Source of the DNA: Eubacteriales bacterium
Lineage (GTDB): Bacteria; Bacillota; Clostridia; Oscillospirales; CAG-382
Length of the DNA stretch: 64,000 nucleotides
NCBI GenBank assembly: GCA_045604705.1
Contig: JAZUOO010000012.1
Coordinates: forward strand, 11,429-75,428
Direction of reading: 5' to 3'
Shown: positions 1 through 10,485 of the stretch, piece by piece
Layout: each line of letters opens with the position of its first letter
Numbering within the stretch: the first letter of the stretch is position 1
Notes under the pieces: model-generated
The model's input: only the letters and a program-made list of their open reading frames with translations
Databases searched by the model: none
Told to the model about the DNA's origin: nothing
Made by a program: the position numbers and the translations under genes

Positions 1-703
1 TCCTTGCAACTGTTTTCGAGTCAGGAACTGTTCCGATAAGAGGGTTAGCGGTTTCAATTACAAGCTTTATTCCGGAATAAATTATAAAAATTGATACAGT
101 AATACCGATAAATCCATCCAAAACAATTCCGAATTGAAAAGAAATAAATGCGGAAATTAAAACCGCCGAGGTTGCAATTACATCGTTGAAGCTATCTGTA
201 CAAGCAGCAATCAAAGTTTCGGACTCGATGAGTTTTCCGACTTTTCTGTAAAAATATCCCTGAAATATTTTACAGAAAATTGAAATAATCAGAATGATAA
301 ATGTTATTTTGCTGAAATTCGGCATTTCTGAAGAAAATAGTTTCTTGAAAGAGCTTGTGAAAAACTCAAAACCGATAACAATAATTAAAACAGATATTCC
401 AAGTCCCGTAAGGTACTCCATCCTTTCGTGACCGTAAGGATGATCGGCATCAGCGGGCTTTGAAGAAAGCTTGAAACCGACAATTGCCAGGATTGAAGAA
501 CCGGAATCGGCAAGGTTGTTGATTGAATCGGCAAGAACGGAAATACTTCCAGAGAGTATACCTATAACCAACTTAAGTACAAAAAGAATCAGGTTTGTTA
601 TAATTCCAAAAATTCCGGCAAAGGTTCCGTATGATTGTCTTACTTTTGCACAGCTGAGATTTGTGTGATTCTTTACGAATAACTTTATAAAAAAATTAAA
701 CAT
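1..703 (-). CDS. cation diffusion facilitator (CDF) family metal transporter; the gene continues beyond the window edge
   Basis: Hand translation of the minus strand from ATG 703..701 (AAGGAG 5 nt upstream): MFNFFIKLF...GSISVLADSINNLADSGSS...KPADADHPYGHERMEYLTGLG..., multi-TM. The LADSxxxxxD and DxxHPYGHxR motifs are typical of CzcD/FieF-type CDF proteins. It is absent from the ORF track because no stop lies inside the window. Confidence 0.8.
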   Translation of the reverse strand, partial: MFNFFIKLFVKNHTNLSCAKVRQSYGTFAGIFGIITNLILFVLKLVIGILSGSISVLADSINNLADSGSSILAIVGFKLSSKPADADHPYGHERMEYLTGLGISVLIIVIGFEFFTSSFKKLFSSEMPNFSKITFIILIISIFCKIFQGYFYRKVGKLIESETLIAACTDSFNDVIATSAVLISAFISFQFGIVLDGFIGITVSIFIIYSGIKLVIETANPLIGTVPDSKTVAR

Positions 704-985
704 ATGCTCTCCTTACACAAATATATTAATTATTATATAACTATTTCATTATATTGTCAAGAAACGATATGTGAAATATTTTCTTCATAGGTAATATAGT
801 GGAGTTTATTTGATGAATAATTCAATTTTGACTTATTTTCCAAAAAAAAATTAAAAATAATTGCCTTTTTGGCTCAAAATAATTAAAAAAACACTTGACA
901 AGAACTAATTTATGATGTAAAATGATACTATGTATAGGGAAATTGGTTCCCTTTTATCAAAATTCTATTTTCGGAGGAAGAGAAA

Positions 986-2854
986 GTGAAAAAGACAAAG
1001 AGACTGCTTTCCTTAATTCTTGCCGGTACAATACTCACTTCAACAGCAGTATTTACCGCAAATGCACAAACATCTGCACCTGAATATGCGATTGATTTCG
1101 TATATGATGTAGATTCAGAAATTGCAACAGCAACTATTTCCGTCGAGGGTGGTACGTACGGTGTTGGACATTTTGGTTTCACCTATAATGTCGAAGCACT
1201 TACACTCATTAATAAAGACGGCAATGAATTTGATGTTAATTCTGACAAGATGGCTGATGTTATTATAGGTTATTCAGATGCTGATGAATACGAGGTTATA
1301 ACTACTGAAGAAACAAACCTTATAGAAAATCTTATTGATACTGCAACTGGTGATGTTCTTTTTGGTTGGTATGTTACGGATAGATTTGAAGAAGGCGTTG
1401 ATAAAGGTTTCATTAATTCTGCCGACGAAAAGAAGATTATTGCTACCGTTAACTTTGGCTTAACAAGTGATATAGCGGAAAGCGATAATCCTGCTGCTGC
1501 TCTTAAGCAAATAATCGAAGACGAAAATAATAGTCTCATTAGTGTTTTTGATGGAGATATTGATGGACTTAAGGGCTGGAATGATATTTATGTAATCGGC
1601 GACCAAAAGGTTAACAAATATGTTAGTGATGCGGATGATATTCTTATTTCTGAAAGAATTTCTCCTGAAATTAACGATCTCGAAATTACCACAAAACCTA
1701 AAGAGATTACAGTTTCTTGGACTGTAGATGAAGAAGATGTTGAAAAAGTTGGTTATTATGAAGTTGTTATTACAGATCAGAGTGGTACTGTGATTGCAAC
1801 GGAAAGAATATATCCAAGCGGTTCTGAAACAGAATTTAATCTTACATTCAATAATGGTATTGAAACAAACAAAAAGTATAATGTCTCTGTAACAACAGTA
1901 ACTAATTCGGGTAACTCTGATTCTTCAGTAAGTGATACTGCAATTACAAGACCTAATTCTCCCGTCATTGTTGATCCGGGTATTGGTGGAGTATCATCTT
2001 CTTCCGGAGGTATGACAACAACGTATACCGTCACGTTTAATGCAGGTGAAGGTGTTATCCCCGACGGTCAGAAGTTTAAGTATACTGTTGCACTTAACGG
2101 TTATGTAAGTGGTTCTCCTGCTGTTATAGCTCCGGATGGTAAGGTGTTTGCAGGATGGTCTGTTGACGGTGTTACACTTATAAGCGTTGAGGTTTATAAG
2201 ATCACAAAGAATGTTACATTTAGAGCTATTTACGTAGATAAAACAGATGATATGCACAGTCCTTTCATTGTCGGTTATCCCGGTGGCGAAGTGAGAGCTG
2301 ATGCTCCTCTTACGAGAGCTGAAGCCGCAACAATAATTGCAAGGGCATCTGCAAACTTTGACAGTACAAAGATTTACACTGCTAACTTCTCTGACGTACC
2401 TGCCGGTCATTGGGCAGCTAACTATATAGCATTTGTATATGAGAATGATATTGTGACGGGTTACGACGATAATACATTCCATCCTGATAGTAATATCACA
2501 AGAGCGGAATTTGCAACAATTATGCAGAGATACCTTGATATTGAGCTTAACGAAGATGCGTCATTTATCGATGTTGGAAAAGATCACTGGGCAGTTTCAT
2601 ACATCGGAGCTTGCAAGGTTGCAGGACTTATCAACGGCTATGAAAATGGTGAGTTCAGACCATCTAATGAAATTACAAGAGCAGAAGCAGTAAAGATTCT
2701 TAACAGAGCTGCAGACAGAATTCCCAATTCGACAGCAATTGGTGCTTATATAAATGAAAAGGGTATTCCTTTCGCAGATCTTGATTTCAACAAGTGGTAT
2801 TTCTATGAAATCATGGAAGCTGCATTCCCGCACCTTGTATCCTACTACCACTAA
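986..2854 (+). CDS. secreted cell-surface protein: signal peptide, cohesin-like N-terminal module, FN3-like module, Listeria-Bacteroides (InlB B-type) repeat, three C-terminal SLH domains
   Basis: GTG start. N-terminal signal MKKTKRLLSLILAGTILTSTAVFTANA. TYTVTFNAGEG...GKVFAGWSVDG repeat. Three SLH-like units (FSDVPAGHWAANYIAF..., FIDVGKDHWAVSYIGAC..., each ending in ITRAEA/F). Confidence 0.75.
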   Translation: MKKTKRLLSLILAGTILTSTAVFTANAQTSAPEYAIDFVYDVDSEIATATISVEGGTYGVGHFGFTYNVEALTLINKDGNEFDVNSDKMADVIIGYSDADEYEVITTEETNLIENLIDTATGDVLFGWYVTDRFEEGVDKGFINSADEKKIIATVNFGLTSDIAESDNPAAALKQIIEDENNSLISVFDGDIDGLKGWNDIYVIGDQKVNKYVSDADDILISERISPEINDLEITTKPKEITVSWTVDEEDVEKVGYYEVVITDQSGTVIATERIYPSGSETEFNLTFNNGIETNKKYNVSVTTVTNSGNSDSSVSDTAITRPNSPVIVDPGIGGVSSSSGGMTTTYTVTFNAGEGVIPDGQKFKYTVALNGYVSGSPAVIAPDGKVFAGWSVDGVTLISVEVYKITKNVTFRAIYVDKTDDMHSPFIVGYPGGEVRADAPLTRAEAATIIARASANFDSTKIYTANFSDVPAGHWAANYIAFVYENDIVTGYDDNTFHPDSNITRAEFATIMQRYLDIELNEDASFIDVGKDHWAVSYIGACKVAGLINGYENGEFRPSNEITRAEAVKILNRAADRIPNSTAIGAYINEKGIPFADLDFNKWYFYEIMEAAFPHLVSYYH

Positions 2855-3126
2855 TGAATTTAAAAGCTCGGAGTTATCTCCGGGCTCTGTTTTTGTAAAT
2901 ATTTTCAATTTAGTAGTCCCGTTACAGGAGTTAAGGCTATACCTGATAAATTTGGATGCTCGTAGAATATATTAATCAGTGACATGGTACCCTTGTTCTA
3001 AAATGTACTAAGATGGGCCGATAATCCCTTGGACTCTTTGTTGGTATTTGATACGAATTATAAAGGAGTATATGTTGCTCGCATTTTTTTAAATCAAAAA
3101 TATTCACTTCAGGAGGAAATAATAAC

Positions 3127-3990
3127 ATGAAAAAACTACCTTTTACAATTGATCTTACAGGTAAAACTGCCGTGGTTACGGGCGGTGGCGGTGTACTTTG
3201 TGCAGGCTTTGCAAAGACAATAGCAGCTTGTGGTGCTAACGTTGCTATACTTGACCTTAACGAGGATGCAGCTAAAAAAGTTGCAGAAGAAATCGTTGCT
3301 GACGGTGGTAAGGCAATTGGAATTAAGACAAATGTACTTGATAAGGAAAGTCTTATTGCAACAAAAAAAATAATTGATGAAACTTACGGCGGTTGTGATA
3401 TTCTTCTTAACGGTGCCGGTGGAAATAGTCCTAAAGGAACAACTACAAATGAATATCAGTTCCCTGAGGATCTTGACCCTGAGTCTACAAAGGATATTAA
3501 GACATTTTTTGATCTTGATCCCGACGGCATACAGTTTGTATTTAATCTTAACTTTATCGGTACACTTCTTCCCACTCAGGTTTTTGCTCGTGATATGGCA
3601 AAGAAAGATGCTCCCGTCATCATCAATGTTTCATCAATGAACGCATTCAGACCTCTTACAAAAATTCCTGCTTACTCAGGTGCAAAGGCTGCTGTTTCAA
3701 ACTTCACTCAGTGGCTTGCAGTTCACTTTGCCCCCGTGGGAATTAGAGTAAATGCAATAGCTCCCGGGTTCTTTGTAACGGCACAGAATAAGAGCCTTCT
3801 ATTCAATCCCGATGGTACTCCCACTCCCAGAACAGATAAGATCCTTTCCCACACACCGATGAACCGTTTCGGTACTCCCGAAGACCTTGATGGTACACTC
3901 CTTTGGCTCATTTCTAACGAAGCTTCCGGTTTTGTAAACGGTGTAGTTGTTCCTGTTGACGGCGGTTTTGCTGCTTATTCAGGAGTTTAA
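3127..3990 (+). CDS. SDR family oxidoreductase (UxuB/YjmF-like short-chain dehydrogenase)
   Basis: TGGGGVLC cofactor-binding loop, NGAGG, catalytic YSGAK, PG motif (IAPGFF). 287 aa. GGAGG RBS upstream. Confidence 0.85.
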   Translation: MKKLPFTIDLTGKTAVVTGGGGVLCAGFAKTIAACGANVAILDLNEDAAKKVAEEIVADGGKAIGIKTNVLDKESLIATKKIIDETYGGCDILLNGAGGNSPKGTTTNEYQFPEDLDPESTKDIKTFFDLDPDGIQFVFNLNFIGTLLPTQVFARDMAKKDAPVIINVSSMNAFRPLTKIPAYSGAKAAVSNFTQWLAVHFAPVGIRVNAIAPGFFVTAQNKSLLFNPDGTPTPRTDKILSHTPMNRFGTPEDLDGTLLWLISNEASGFVNGVVVPVDGGFAAYSGV

Positions 3991-4002
3991 TGTCAAAAAA
4001 AC

Positions 4003-4037
4003 GCCTGCACTTTTTACAGTGTAGGCTTAAAATTTTA
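4003..4037 (+). terminator. intrinsic terminator after the SDR gene
   Basis: Hairpin GCCTGCACT/AGTGTAGGC followed by a T-rich tail. Confidence 0.55.
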
Positions 4038-4483
4038 TATTCTAAATATTATATACTTGTCATTTTTTGCGAATTTAAATTAAATACTGCTTCGATCAAA
4101 CTCAACTGCTCTTATAACAGCTGCTGCATGTAACTTTGGTATAAAATAGTTTTTACCGGGATTATATACTTCTGCAATGCTCTTTTAGAATTCTTTTACA
4201 TATTTATCGCAGTTTTTTCTCATTGAATCTCCAATTTATGGTATTTTTTAGTGAATGTGCCTTTTTGATTTTTAAAATGTATCATAAAGGGATATTTATT
4301 TCAAGTATAAAAAGCGTAATTGGACATTTCGGAACAAATTAATATATTTACACTTGAAATATTTTTGAACTTATGGCAAAATTATGTTACAAAGCTCAAA
4401 GGCGTGAATAATCAATCAATGGATTAATCGGCGAAGTTTGGTCCGAAACAGAGATTTATAAATAATAGGAAGGAATTATTATA

Positions 4484-5026
4484 ATGAAATACTTAATAGC
4501 ATCAGATATTCATGGATCATCGTACTATTGCGAAAAGGTACTTGAAGCATTAAAGAATGAGAAAGCTGACAAAGTTCTTCTTTTAGGGGATATATTATAT
4601 CATGGTCCTCGCAATGATCTTCCTAAGGATTATGCACCTAAAAGAGTAATTGAAATGTTAAATCCTTTAAAAGAAAAAATCCTGTGTGTAAGAGGTAATT
4701 GTGATACAGAAGTTGACCAAATGGTGCTGGAGTTTCCGATTCTTGCTGATTATTGCCTTATTTCGCATGAGAATTCAATGATTTTTGCGACCCACGGACA
4801 TAAATTTAATACTTCAAATCTTCCACCGTTATCCAAAGGCGATATATTGCTTCATGGGCATACACACGTTCCGAAATGTGAGAAATGTGGTGATATCATG
4901 TATCTGAATCCGGGTTCTGTTTCTATTCCAAAAGAGGACAGCCATCATGGTTATATGACATTCGAAGACGGCACATTTATATGGAAAGATTTTGATGGAA
5001 ATAAAATAAATAGTTATATATTGTAA
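4484..5026 (+). CDS. yfcE: YfcE-family metallophosphoesterase (phosphodiesterase, MJ0936 family)
   Basis: DIHGS, GDILYHGPRN, GNCD, HGH and GHTH metallophosphoesterase motifs. 180 aa. Confidence 0.85.
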   Translation: MKYLIASDIHGSSYYCEKVLEALKNEKADKVLLLGDILYHGPRNDLPKDYAPKRVIEMLNPLKEKILCVRGNCDTEVDQMVLEFPILADYCLISHENSMIFATHGHKFNTSNLPPLSKGDILLHGHTHVPKCEKCGDIMYLNPGSVSIPKEDSHHGYMTFEDGTFIWKDFDGNKINSYIL

Positions 5027-5060
5027 TATTAATTATATCTAATAATTCCAAACATAAATA

Positions 5061-5094
5061 GGAGTCTCAAGCAAAGAGACTCCTTGAATTTTTA
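5061..5094. terminator. bidirectional hairpin between convergent genes
   Basis: GGAGTCTC-aagcaaa-GAGACTCC, with T-rich sequence on both sides. Confidence 0.55.
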
Positions 5095-6882
5095 TGCTAT
5101 AGGCTCAAAATCAGCCGCACCATGCTTACAAAGAGGACATACAATATCGTCCGGAAGATTTTCCCCCTCATAAACCCATCCGCAAACCTTGCAAACAAAG
5201 CCTTTTTTACCATCGGTTTCAGGCTTAGGTTTTACGTTTTCCTGGTAATAGGTATATGTCATTGTAGGGTTGCTGTTTAGTACTCTTGCCTCTGTTACGC
5301 TGCATATGAACATACCGTGTGTATCAAGATCGATATACCGCTCAACCTTAAGAGACATGAAAGAATTAATATATCTCGGGAGGAATGCGAGCCCGTTATC
5401 GGAACGAAGTGGTTCACAATCGGCAAATTTGTCAACGTTTCTTCCGCTTACAAAGCCAAAAGCTTCAAATACCTTGAACGGAGCTTCTGTCGAGAGACAG
5501 TTGACATTCATAATGCCTGTCTGCTTTATAATGTGATGTGAGTAGTTTTCTTTATTTATTGTAACGGCGATTCTGTTAGGTGTATTAGTAACCTGAGTAA
5601 CCGTATTAACTATGAGACCATTGTCTTTCTTGCCGTCGTTGGATGTAACAACATAGAGACCGTAACCTATATTAAAAAGTGCAGTAAGATCGTTTTTGTT
5701 GGCTGTTTCATCTCTCTGTGCAAGATATTCTTGACAAAGTTCATCTGCAAGAGCATTCAGTTGTGCGCGGCTTTCGTCATTAAGTGCTGACAAGATTTTT
5801 ACATTATTCTCCGCAAATGTAATGTTCTTGCAAGATTCGAGAAGACCTTTCATTACTTTCGCAGCAAGAGGTGCCCAGCTTCCGTTTTCAATAAGAGCAA
5901 CAGTTCTGTTTTTGAAGGCTCTCTCTGTCAGGTGATTTATGAATTCGCGCATAAACGGGAAAATTTCTGCGTTGTATGTTGTGGTTGCGAGAACGAGCTT
6001 GCTGTATTTAAATGCATCTGCAACCGCTTCGGACATATCACATCTTGCAAGATCGTAAATCTTGAGCTTCGGACATCCGTTAGCTTTGATTCTCTCACAG
6101 AGCTCGTTGACAGCCTTTTTGGTATTTCCATAGACAGAAGTGTATGCCACAACGATACCGTCTTCCTCAGGTAAATATGATGACCATGTATTGTAGAGTT
6201 CAAGATAATATCCAAGATTATCGGAAAGAACCGGACCGTGAAGAGGACAAATTTTTGCAATATCAAGAGTTGCTGCTTTTTTAAGAAGTGCTTGTACCTG
6301 TGCACCGTATTTTCCAACAATTCCGATATAATAACGTCTTGCTTCGTCAATCCAGGGTTCATCCGTGTCAAGAGCTCCGAATTTACCGAAACCATCTGCC
6401 GAGAAAAGAACCTTGTCTTTTACATCATATGTTACAATAACTTCCGGCCAATGAACCATAGGAGCTGTTACAAAAGTGAGGGTATGTGAACCAAGGGAAA
6501 GTGTATCTCCTTCGCCAACAACTATTCTTCTGTCGTCAAATGATGTTCCAAAGAAGCTCTGCATCATATTGAATGCTTTAGCTGAAGATACGATTGTACA
6601 ATTAGGATATGCTTTCGCAAATGTATTAATATTGGCAGAGTGGTCAGGCTCCATATGCTGAATTATAAGATAATTAGGTGCTTTTGATCCGAGGGTATTC
6701 TGAATATTATCGAGCCATTCGTGGGTAAACATCGCATCAACGGTGTCAATAATAGCAATCTTTTCATCAATAATAGCATAGGAATTATATGAAATACCGT
6801 TAGGTACGCGATACTGTCCTTCGAATAAGTCAATCTTTTTATCATTGACTCCGATATATTTGATGTCACTTGTGATATACAT
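5092..6882 (-). CDS. multidomain flavodiiron protein: metallo-beta-lactamase-like diiron domain, flavodoxin-like domain, flavin-reductase-like domain and C-terminal rubredoxin
   Basis: HMEPDH diiron motif. Flavodoxin-like VAYTSVYGNTKK. Flavin-reductase-like LYVVTSNDGKKDNGLIVNTV. C-terminal CKVCGWVY...CPLCKHG rubredoxin. Confidence 0.85.
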   Translation of the reverse strand: MYITSDIKYIGVNDKKIDLFEGQYRVPNGISYNSYAIIDEKIAIIDTVDAMFTHEWLDNIQNTLGSKAPNYLIIQHMEPDHSANINTFAKAYPNCTIVSSAKAFNMMQSFFGTSFDDRRIVVGEGDTLSLGSHTLTFVTAPMVHWPEVIVTYDVKDKVLFSADGFGKFGALDTDEPWIDEARRYYIGIVGKYGAQVQALLKKAATLDIAKICPLHGPVLSDNLGYYLELYNTWSSYLPEEDGIVVAYTSVYGNTKKAVNELCERIKANGCPKLKIYDLARCDMSEAVADAFKYSKLVLATTTYNAEIFPFMREFINHLTERAFKNRTVALIENGSWAPLAAKVMKGLLESCKNITFAENNVKILSALNDESRAQLNALADELCQEYLAQRDETANKNDLTALFNIGYGLYVVTSNDGKKDNGLIVNTVTQVTNTPNRIAVTINKENYSHHIIKQTGIMNVNCLSTEAPFKVFEAFGFVSGRNVDKFADCEPLRSDNGLAFLPRYINSFMSLKVERYIDLDTHGMFICSVTEARVLNSNPTMTYTYYQENVKPKPETDGKKGFVCKVCGWVYEGENLPDDIVCPLCKHGAADFEPIA

Positions 6883-7002
6883 TATTGTTTCTCCTCTTTT
6901 TGTGATTTAGATATAATATAACCATATCAAATTATAATATCCATCTGTGTAGAAATCTTGACAAAACATGTAAATAATAATATACGCCAAAATCGGTTTA
7001 TA

Positions 7003-8205
7003 TTACTCAAGCATTGATACTATATCCGGAAATATTTCTAGACTTCTTTTAAGTATACCATGCATATGTGCGATTGCAATACCGTAATTTACCATAGGAA
7101 CACCTGCTTCTTTTGCTCTGTCAATTCTTGACTGCATTTCTTTTTCATTAAGCATACAACCGCCACAATGAATACAAAGCTTATATTCATCGAGATTATC
7201 AGGATATTCTCCACCGCTTGTAAGTGTAATTTCCGGTTTTACACCGCTAAACTTTTCTATCCAATTGGGAATTTTTACACTGCCGATATCACCACATTGA
7301 CGATGATGTGTACAACCCTCGGAAATAAGAATTTTGTCGCCCGGCCGCAGCTTTGAAAGCTGTGAGGCACCTTTAATCAATTCCTTTAAATCACCTTTAT
7401 ATCTTGCAAATAATATTGAGAATGATGTAAGTGTAATGTCACTAGGTACAATTTTAGAAACCTTGCCGAATGCCTGAGAATCGGTTATAACCATTTTCGG
7501 TTTTTTTGCAAGGCTTCCCAATGTAGTTGCAAGCTCTGTATCTCTGCAACATACGGGTATACAGCCCGCTTCAAGAATATCTCGGATTGTCTGCTGCTGC
7601 GGAAGGATCAATCTTCCTTTGGGTGCTGCTTCGTCAATCGGAATGACGAGTATAACGACATCACCGGGAGTTAAAAGGTCGGCAACAATATATTTTGTGT
7701 TCTCAACAGTACCTTTAAATTTTCCGAGAGCTTCTTTCAATTCACTTATACCATATCCGCTTTTGGCGCTGACATAAATTGTATTTTCGGTATTAGCAGG
7801 TATATTTTCTAAAAGATCACTCTTGTTATATACTATAATATACGGTGTCTTTTTCTCGTCAAACATAGAGATTAATTTTTCATCCCAATCTGTTAAACCC
7901 GAAGTTGCATCACATACCAAAACTGCAATATCAGTACTTGTAAGAGTTTCTTTTGCTTTCTTTACTCTGAGTTCTCCCAAATCTCCCTCATCATCAATAC
8001 CGGGGGTATCAACTATTACAACAGGACCAAGCGGAAGAAGCTCCATTGCCTTTTTTACGGGGTCGGTTGTTGTGCCTTTATAGTTGGATACGACGGATAA
8101 TTGCTGACCGGTAACTGCATTGACCAGGCTTGATTTCCCTGCATTCCTTAAACCGAAAAATCCTATATGACGTCTTTCGGCACTTACTGTTTCATTTAAA
8201 CTCAT
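7003..8205 (-). CDS. hydF: [FeFe]-hydrogenase H-cluster maturation GTPase HydF
   Basis: P-loop GLRNAGKSSLVNA, DTPG and NKSD GTPase motifs. C-terminal cluster motif EGCTHH...LCIHCGGC (CxH...HCxxC). Confidence 0.9.
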   Translation of the reverse strand: MSLNETVSAERRHIGFFGLRNAGKSSLVNAVTGQQLSVVSNYKGTTTDPVKKAMELLPLGPVVIVDTPGIDDEGDLGELRVKKAKETLTSTDIAVLVCDATSGLTDWDEKLISMFDEKKTPYIIVYNKSDLLENIPANTENTIYVSAKSGYGISELKEALGKFKGTVENTKYIVADLLTPGDVVILVIPIDEAAPKGRLILPQQQTIRDILEAGCIPVCCRDTELATTLGSLAKKPKMVITDSQAFGKVSKIVPSDITLTSFSILFARYKGDLKELIKGASQLSKLRPGDKILISEGCTHHRQCGDIGSVKIPNWIEKFSGVKPEITLTSGGEYPDNLDEYKLCIHCGGCMLNEKEMQSRIDRAKEAGVPMVNYGIAIAHMHGILKRSLEIFPDIVSMLE

Positions 8206-8217
8206 AATATCCTCTTT

Positions 8218-9333
8218 TCAAAACGCCGATGCTTCGGATGCAGGTGCAAAAATCTGTTCTGCCTGTTCATTAGTTAGATTTACTCCGAATACGTCTTTGT
8301 AATATTTCTTTGTTTCTTCGATTATATCAATATCCTTGAATATTTCCGGATAAACTGTCTTTGCTATCCAAAAAAGTGTAACAGGGGTATCAACACCACA
8401 AGTATAGCTTCTGTACATTCCGAGCGGCATTTTGTATACTCTCTTGTTTTTGACAGCATCAATTTCAGCCCATTTTGGATCATCATAAAGTGTTTCGGGT
8501 TGTGCTGTAGTGAAATTTGTTATAAGGATACATTCCGGATTCCATGTGTAAATCTGCTCCATATTTACTGTTACGGAATTATCCTTATTGATTTCCTGTC
8601 CAACATTTTTTGCACCGACGGCATCTGCCCACCATTGACCGAAGAAGCGATTTCCGCTTGTTGCAATCATAGTGTCTGTATATTGATATAGGAAGAATAT
8701 GTCCTCTTTATCAGCTTCCGACAGATTTTTTGTGCGTTCGTTTATTTTGTCCATTACTTCTTTACTATAGTTATCAACGAGTTTTTTCTTTTCATTTTCG
8801 GGGAAAATCTGTGAAAGTAATTCAATCCAATTTTCAAGTGTTACGACAGCATCATAGTCCCATTTATTGACGGAAACCGCTATTGCGGGAATTCCTGCTT
8901 TCCTGCAAATCTCGCCATGCTGAACGTCCGCTGCATTATATAGAAAAATATCGGGATTTAGTTCAAGTAAAGCTTCAATGTTGAGATTTGCACCGTTAAT
9001 ATAGTCTGTTTCGGCGTTGAGTATTTCTGGATACAGTTCTCCGAGCAGGCTACTTTGTGCCGCTGTCATGCATTGTTCCGGCATACCGATTATTTTCTCG
9101 GCCGAATCAAAGAAAATTGCAACTACAGAAGGCAACGGATAAATTTTACCTATTGCAATTGTTTCGATATTTTTCGGAACTGTCACTTCTATTCCAAGGT
9201 GATCTGTGATTGTTATTGTATTATTGTCGGTATTATTTGTACCATTGCTTGATTCATCATTTTCGCAAGAATATAATGTTATGATAGCGATGCTTGCAAT
9301 CAACAGTAATAAAAGTTTAAATATTGATTTCAT
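8218..9333 (-). CDS. ABC transporter substrate-binding lipoprotein, iron-siderophore/cobalamin (FecB/BtuF-like) class
   Basis: Lipoprotein signal LLLLIASIAIITLYSC. Overall resemblance to periplasmic binding protein 2 family members. Sits in an operon with a FecCD-type permease. Confidence 0.8.
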   Translation of the reverse strand: MKSIFKLLLLLIASIAIITLYSCENDESSNGTNNTDNNTITITDHLGIEVTVPKNIETIAIGKIYPLPSVVAIFFDSAEKIIGMPEQCMTAAQSSLLGELYPEILNAETDYINGANLNIEALLELNPDIFLYNAADVQHGEICRKAGIPAIAVSVNKWDYDAVVTLENWIELLSQIFPENEKKKLVDNYSKEVMDKINERTKNLSEADKEDIFFLYQYTDTMIATSGNRFFGQWWADAVGAKNVGQEINKDNSVTVNMEQIYTWNPECILITNFTTAQPETLYDDPKWAEIDAVKNKRVYKMPLGMYRSYTCGVDTPVTLFWIAKTVYPEIFKDIDIIEETKKYYKDVFGVNLTNEQAEQIFAPASEASAF

Positions 9334-9345
9334 TTTAATTCTCCG

Positions 9346-10485
9346 CTATTTCAATTTGTCGGTAATATATTTAATACTGCCTATAAGATTCGGAATGTTG
9401 TCACGATAAATTCTTCCGGAAAAAGCCTCGTGAGGAAGTTCTATAAAATTTGTTTTATCCGAGCAAATCGGTTTGTACATCGGGTCGGCAATGATATTTT
9501 TCGCATCTTTTATTATTGGTATGATTTCATCCTCAAATACAGCATTTACACATGATACAGAAAGAAGAGCTTGTGGTGTGTTGACAGCTGAAATTACTTT
9601 TGCTTCGATTCCTGCTTCGTTTCGTATAGCATGTGCAAGAGATAGAGATGTGACGCTTTCTCCGATTATAATGACATTTTTCGTATCGTTGGCTTGAACG
9701 GAAATCATATCTTCTGAAGTTATCATACATCGGTTTATGTCGTTAACAAGCTGCTCAGTAAGTTTTTTGCCATAGGGTACACCGATAACATATGGTATTC
9801 CAAATTTTTTTTTCATTATCTTGGCACATTCAAGTCCGCACGAAGATACAACAAGGTTAGCTTTTGCGTTTCCTGCATTCTCTATTTCGGTAAAAGAACT
9901 TTCCATAGCCATAACAGAATTGATTTTAATGCCGCATTTTTCAAATGTATGCTTCATAGAAGCTACACTGCCGTTTACGGAAAAATCAAGCGGAGTCACT
10001 CCAAGAATATTTATTGAAAAATCACTGTTGGTTTCTGTTTTTTTGCACATTCTGCACGTGAATTCAGAGAAAGCCATTGAGGCACCGTGAATATATGATT
10101 GCATACCGGCTGTTTCAAATCCGAATGTTGGTATTCCACATCTGTTTTCAATCTCTTTGGCAACTGAATTTAAATCACAACCGGTCAAGTAAGGAATAGG
10201 TGATCCCGCAATTGCTATGAAACGGGGATTAAGTTCTTTGGCAGCCTGTACGGTGTCTGTGATTAATTTTTCATCATTTCCGAATATAGCATCTTTTTCC
10301 GTGAGCCCCGATATAAAAACAAGACTGTCCGTGTGATACCATCTAGGTTCATCGTGAGTACTGTATGTTGAATTACAACCCGACGGATCGTGCATTACAA
10401 TTAGCCCTCCAAGCTCAAAAAGGGCAGAGCATACTCCGCTCGTATCACCTGTATAGGTCGAAATTATTCTTGCAGTCTGTTTCAT
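9346..10485 (-). CDS. nitrogenase component-1-type oxidoreductase, NifK/NifN/BchB-like subunit
   Basis: VMHDPSGCNS and IAIAGSPIPYLTGCD motifs resemble the HGxxGC and cluster-ligand regions of the NifD/K/E/N family. Start chosen at ATG 10485, which forms an ATGA overlap with the upstream stop; the track ORF starts at 10500. Confidence 0.75.
   Translation of the reverse strand: MKQTARIISTYTGDTSGVCSALFELGGLIVMHDPSGCNSTYSTHDEPRWYHTDSLVFISGLTEKDAIFGNDEKLITDTVQAAKELNPRFIAIAGSPIPYLTGCDLNSVAKEIENRCGIPTFGFETAGMQSYIHGASMAFSEFTCRMCKKTETNSDFSINILGVTPLDFSVNGSVASMKHTFEKCGIKINSVMAMESSFTEIENAGNAKANLVVSSCGLECAKIMKKKFGIPYVIGVPYGKKLTEQLVNDINRCMITSEDMISVQANDTKNVIIIGESVTSLSLAHAIRNEAGIEAKVISAVNTPQALLSVSCVNAVFEDEIIPIIKDAKNIIADPMYKPICSDKTNFIELPHEAFSGRIYRDNIPNLIGSIKYITDKLK

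Noticed and set aside
1994-2482. 162-aa Cys-rich ORF antisense to the SLH protein gene, and similar antisense ORFs at 22271-22791
   Set aside because: They are shadow ORFs inside well-supported repeat or SLH coding regions.
4080-4223. 48-codon minus-strand ORF with a good RBS (GGAG) but an in-frame TAA at codon 13
   Set aside because: It is too short and has no recognisable family, so a pseudogene cannot be told from chance. It is mentioned only because the 490-bp gap 3991-4483 is otherwise empty.
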